Shown here in pieces: positions 31,859-34,597 of a stretch of 34,597 nucleotides of DNA. How positions within the stretch are numbered: the stretch's first letter is position 1; each line of letters opens with the position of its first letter. The position numbers were made by a program, and so were the translations under genes. The stretch is from Patescibacteria group bacterium (GTDB taxonomy: Bacteria; Patescibacteriota; Microgenomatia; JACPZF01): the NCBI GenBank assembly GCA_023484305.1, contig JAMDAL010000012.1, positions 1-34,597 of the forward strand. The letters are read 5' to 3'. The notes beneath the pieces are model-generated. The model was given only the letters and a program-made list of their open reading frames with translations. It was not told the DNA's origin and did not search any database.

Positions 31859-31887
31859 TTGTCAAGAAAAGGAAGCTGTGGTATAAA
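31859..31887 (+). promoter_or_regulatory. Promoter TTGTCA-N17-(TGg)TATAAA, ending 10 nt before the ATG at 31898
   Basis: The -35 lies in the palindrome CTTGTCAAG. On the other strand this reads TTGACA, followed by N17-TAAGTT for the divergent gene at 31822. Confidence 0.45.
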
Positions 31888-31897
31888 ACCGATACAT

Positions 31898-32542
31898 ATG
31901 GAAATAACATCTTTAGGCCATTCTTCTTTTAAAATCCGCGGCAAGAGCGCCAGCGTGGTTACGGATCCGTTTGATCCGGAGTTTACCGGCTTAAAATTCC
32001 CCCAGGTAAACGCTGATATCGTTACCATCAGCCACCGTCACAACGACCATAATTATTTAAAAGGAATATCCGGCGAACCTTTTGTTGTTGACGGTCCCGG
32101 AGAATACGATGTCAAAGGTATAAGCATTTTAGGTTTATCGACATTCCACGATGATAAAAAGGGAAGCGAAAGAGGCAGAAACACCGTTTATGAAATCAGA
32201 ATGGACGGGTTGAGCCTGGTGCATCTTGGCGATTTAGGCGAGGTTTTAAGTGACGAATCGGCAGAACAGCTGGACGGAGTCGATCTTCTTTTTGTGCCGG
32301 TTGGCGGTTATTACACATTGGCCACGGACAAACTGCAGGAAGTTATAAACAAGCTGGAGCCGAAAATAATTATACCCATGCACTATAGTCGTTCCGGATT
32401 AAAACCAGAATTATCTTCTAAACTTGCCACCGTGGAGGAATTTTTAAAAGCTATGGGAAAAACGGAAGTTATGCCGCAGGATAAACTGGTGATAAGCAGG
32501 GATAAGTTGGGAGAAGAAACACAGATAATCGTGCTTAAGTAA
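31898..32542 (+). CDS. MBL-fold metallo-hydrolase (UPF0173-like)
   Basis: MEITSLGHSSFKIRG...ISHRHNDHNY contains the HxHxDH motif. It is about 214 aa from the ATG at 31898 (the track start at 31859 is a TTG). Confidence 0.8.
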   Translation: MEITSLGHSSFKIRGKSASVVTDPFDPEFTGLKFPQVNADIVTISHRHNDHNYLKGISGEPFVVDGPGEYDVKGISILGLSTFHDDKKGSERGRNTVYEIRMDGLSLVHLGDLGEVLSDESAEQLDGVDLLFVPVGGYYTLATDKLQEVINKLEPKIIIPMHYSRSGLKPELSSKLATVEEFLKAMGKTEVMPQDKLVISRDKLGEETQIIVLK

Positions 32543-32550
32543 GCACGAGT

Positions 32551-32735
32551 TAAACTCAAAACTCAAAAGTCAAAACTACAGGTCAAAAGTTAAATGTTAC
32601 GAGATTATTCTTCGAACGAAGTGAGAAGTTCTCGCTACGCTCGAACAATAAACAAGTTTGTTTCTGACGAAATAAAAACTATTTATTTTTTACTTGTGCT
32701 TTTGAATTTTGATATTTACCTTTTGACTTTGAAAT
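32551..32735. repeat. Composite repeat region upstream of dnaB: D copy, B hairpin, 29-nt shared box, inverted D copy
   Basis: D: aaactcaaaactcaaaagtcaaaactacaggtcaaaagttaaatgttac (32551-32600). B: attattcttcgaacgaagtgagaagttctcgctacgctcgaacaataa (32604-32651). Shared box: aacaagtttgtttctgacgaaataaaaac (32651-32679). Inverted D: acttgtgcttttgaattttgatatttaccttttgactttgaaat (32691-32735). Confidence 0.8.
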
Positions 32736-34073
32736 ATGTCCGACCTTAAAGTTCCTCCTCACAGTCTGGAAGTTGAGCAGTCAGTTTTGGGCGCCATTCT
32801 TATTGACAAAAACGCCGTTGTGGAGGTGGCGGGGTTTTTGCTGCCCGAACATTTTTACGAAAACAGCCACAGTCTCATTTTTTCCGCCATGCTTTCCTTA
32901 TACGAAAAAAGGGAACCAATCGATCTGGTTACCATTTCCGAAGTTTTAAAAAAGAAAAAGGCCCTGGAAGATATAGGAGGAGTGGCTTATCTTTCCGAGC
33001 TGGCAGCTAAAGTTCCCACCGCTTCCCATGTGGAAAACTACGGCCATATAGTTAAAGACTACCATACTAAAAGAGAGCTGATTAAACAGGCAGGGAAAGT
33101 TGTGGAATGGGCTTTTGACATGGCCTCCGATGTTAAAGACGTTCTGGATAAAACCGAGCAGAGCATTTTTTCCATATCGCAGGCTCATCTGACGCAAAAT
33201 TTTGTGCAGCTGTCAGAAGCATTGGCGGAAAGCTTTGACAGGCTGGATGAAATTCAGAAAAAATCGGGAAGTTTAAGAGGGGTGGCCACAGGATTTAAAG
33301 ATATTGATAATAAACTGGCCGGTTTGCAGCAGTCTAATCTGGTGGTTTTGGCTGCCCGTCCCGGTATGGGAAAAACGGCATTGGTTCTGAATATTGCCCA
33401 AAACGTGGCTGTTAAGGAAAAACAGGCAGTGGGAATTTTTTCTCTGGAAATGAGCAAGGAAGAAGTCGTGGATAGGCTTTTGGTGGCTCAGGCTGATATA
33501 GACGCCTGGAGGCTTAAAACCGGAAAACTGGAAGAAGAAGATTTTGACAAGCTGCAGGAAGCGATGGGAGTTTTGGGAGACGCGCCGATTTTTATTGACG
33601 ATACCCCTGGCGCTTCCGTTATGGAAATGAGGACAAAAGCCAGAAGACTGCAGGTTGAACACGGTCTCAAGCTGTTAATTGTGGACTATCTCCAGCTGGC
33701 TTATGCGGGGAAGAATTTTGAAAACCGGGTCCAGGAAGTTTCCTATGTTTCCCAGAGTTTGAAAAATCTGGCCAGAGAGCTTAAAATTCCCGTACTGGCA
33801 GTTTCGCAATTGTCCCGGGCAGTGGAAGCGAGGGGAACCAAAATTCCGCAGCTGGCTGACTTGCGGGAGTCGGGAGCCATTGAGCAGGATGCAGACGTTG
33901 TAATGTTTTTATACCGGCCGGAGGAGGAAGAGGGGAGCGAAAAAAACGTCACGCAGTATCCCATGAAACTTCTTGTTGCCAAGCACAGAAACGGCTCCTT
34001 GGGAGAAATTGATTTGATGTTTAAGGGCGACAGGGTCCGGTTTTTTGGTATGGAAAAGAGAAAAGCGAGTTAA
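32736..34073 (+). CDS. dnaB: Replicative DNA helicase DnaB
   Basis: 445 aa with the N-terminal PPHSLEVEQSVLGAIL, Walker A ARPGMGKTA, Walker B LLIVDYLQL, and the SQLSR and ESGAIEQDADVV motifs. Confidence 0.95.
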   Translation: MSDLKVPPHSLEVEQSVLGAILIDKNAVVEVAGFLLPEHFYENSHSLIFSAMLSLYEKREPIDLVTISEVLKKKKALEDIGGVAYLSELAAKVPTASHVENYGHIVKDYHTKRELIKQAGKVVEWAFDMASDVKDVLDKTEQSIFSISQAHLTQNFVQLSEALAESFDRLDEIQKKSGSLRGVATGFKDIDNKLAGLQQSNLVVLAARPGMGKTALVLNIAQNVAVKEKQAVGIFSLEMSKEEVVDRLLVAQADIDAWRLKTGKLEEEDFDKLQEAMGVLGDAPIFIDDTPGASVMEMRTKARRLQVEHGLKLLIVDYLQLAYAGKNFENRVQEVSYVSQSLKNLARELKIPVLAVSQLSRAVEARGTKIPQLADLRESGAIEQDADVVMFLYRPEEEEGSEKNVTQYPMKLLVAKHRNGSLGEIDLMFKGDRVRFFGMEKRKAS

Positions 34074-34078
34074 AAATC

Positions 34079-34163
34079 GCCACGGTGCTGGAATGGTAGA
34101 CAGGCCAGTCTCAAAAACTGGTGGTGATAAAACACCGTGAGAGTTCGAGTCTCTCCCGTGGCA
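34079..34163 (+). tRNA. tRNA-Leu (anticodon CAA), long variable arm, CCA not encoded
   Basis: The acceptor stem is GCCACGG/CCGTGGC with A73. The anticodon stem CCAGT/ACTGG carries the loop CT-CAA-AA. The variable arm is GGTG-ATAAAA-CACC. The T arm is GAGAG-TTCGAGT-CTCTC. Confidence 0.9.
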
Positions 34164-34251
34164 CAAAAACCTGGGATGTAAAGCTAATACCACCCCCCGG
34201 GGTGTAAGATTGGGGGCGAAAAAAGTAAGGAGAAATTTTATCTTCCTTGCC

Positions 34252-34280
34252 TTGACAAAAATACAAGGAGAAGATACAAT
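34252..34280 (+). promoter_or_regulatory. Promoter TTGACA-N17-TACAAT, ending 9 nt before the antitoxin ATG at 34290
   Basis: Perfect -35 at 34252-34257 and TACAAT at 34275-34280. Short dyads (ccttg...caagg) overlap it, which is consistent with antitoxin autoregulation. Confidence 0.55.
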
Positions 34281-34289
34281 TTCCTTGTT

Positions 34290-34547
34290 ATGAATTATTT
34301 AGCCACCATTACCAGCAAAAATCAATTAACCTTGCCGATTGTTCTTTTTAAAAAGGCAGGTTTTAGAGTTGGTCAAAAGATTTCTGTTTCTGAAGAATCA
34401 GGCAGATTGGTTCTTACGCCGGCCGAAATGTTAATTGAAGAACTAGCAGGGTCTTTAAAAATGCCGAAGAAATGGAAGGGAAAAAGCCTGGACAGAATAA
34501 TCGAAGAATCTAAAAAAGAATATTTTAAAAAGAATAAATTTTCTTAA
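34290..34547 (+). CDS. AbrB/MazE/SpoVT-family antitoxin
   Basis: 85 aa. TITSKNQLTLPIVLFKKAGFRVGQKISVSEESGRLVLTP is a SpoVT-AbrB swapped-hairpin domain. A PIN gene starts 9 nt downstream. Confidence 0.75.
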   Translation: MNYLATITSKNQLTLPIVLFKKAGFRVGQKISVSEESGRLVLTPAEMLIEELAGSLKMPKKWKGKSLDRIIEESKKEYFKKNKFS

Positions 34548-34555
34548 ACTTCATC

Positions 34556-34597
34556 ATGATTTTTGTTGATACCAACTACTTCTTACGCTTCTTTTTG
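34556..34597 (+). CDS. PIN-domain (VapC-like) toxin, N-terminal 14 codons only (runs off the window)
   Basis: ATG at 34556. MIFVDTNYFLRFFL has the conserved first acidic residue in the I-x-V-D-T-N context typical of VapC. Confidence 0.55.
   Translation, partial: MIFVDTNYFLRFFL

Noticed and set aside
33909-34193. A 94-aa minus-strand ORF spanning the dnaB 3' end and tRNA-Leu.
   Set aside because: It overlaps a clean tRNA cloverleaf and the dnaB coding end, so it is a shadow ORF.

Overview
This AT-rich bacterial chromosomal segment has compact genes, and TGA, TAA and TAG all act as stops, so it uses standard code 11. The gene content and repeats suggest a Candidate Phyla Radiation / Patescibacteria-type genome. 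That placement is inference from four things: many small palindromic intergenic repeats of the GTCATTCCCG...CGGGAATGAC type, a four-helix-bundle (23S-IVS family) gene, DUF2079, and a mostly housekeeping-plus-transporter gene set.

I support about 40 protein genes:
- An IS transposase 3' fragment at the left edge.
- Membrane and transport genes: a LytR_C protein, a P-type ATPase, a CaCA exchanger, a MacA/FtsX/ABC efflux set, two EamA transporters and an MFS transporter.
- A DUF2079 + GT2 + LAB_N glycosylation trio.
- Housekeeping genes: ychF, rpsF-ssb-rpsR, a CtpA-like S41 peptidase, HtrA, prfA, rpmE, hisS and dnaB.
- A vapBC-like toxin-antitoxin pair at the right edge.
- Several orphan proteins.

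There are two tRNAs: tRNA-His(GTG) on the minus strand and tRNA-Leu(CAA) on the plus strand.

The most interesting locus is 25.6-30.6 kb on the minus strand. A consensus promoter drives a roughly 200-nt leader with the full logic of a T-box riboswitch:
- The T-box-like core is AAGGA-UGGGACC-GCGGGAGG.
- A canonical two-helix antiterminator is mutually exclusive with a long terminator that ends in U6.
- The UGGG bulge is complementary to the CCCA 3' end of tRNA-His.
- A CAC codon sits in a 7-nt hairpin loop.

The tRNA-His gene follows this leader immediately. After it come a DapF-fold two-Cys racemase homologue, a 460-aa orphan protein, a putative M29 aminopeptidase and hisS.

Other recurring signals:
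- At least ten genes have an (extended) -10 box only 6-10 nt upstream of the ATG and no Shine-Dalgarno, which implies leaderless mRNAs.
- At least four families of nested palindromic repeats occur. Some supply stop codons and C-terminal residues to genes, and one family has a copy inside the ychF coding sequence.

All calls come from reading the sequence and the supplied translations. No database search or folding computation was run.
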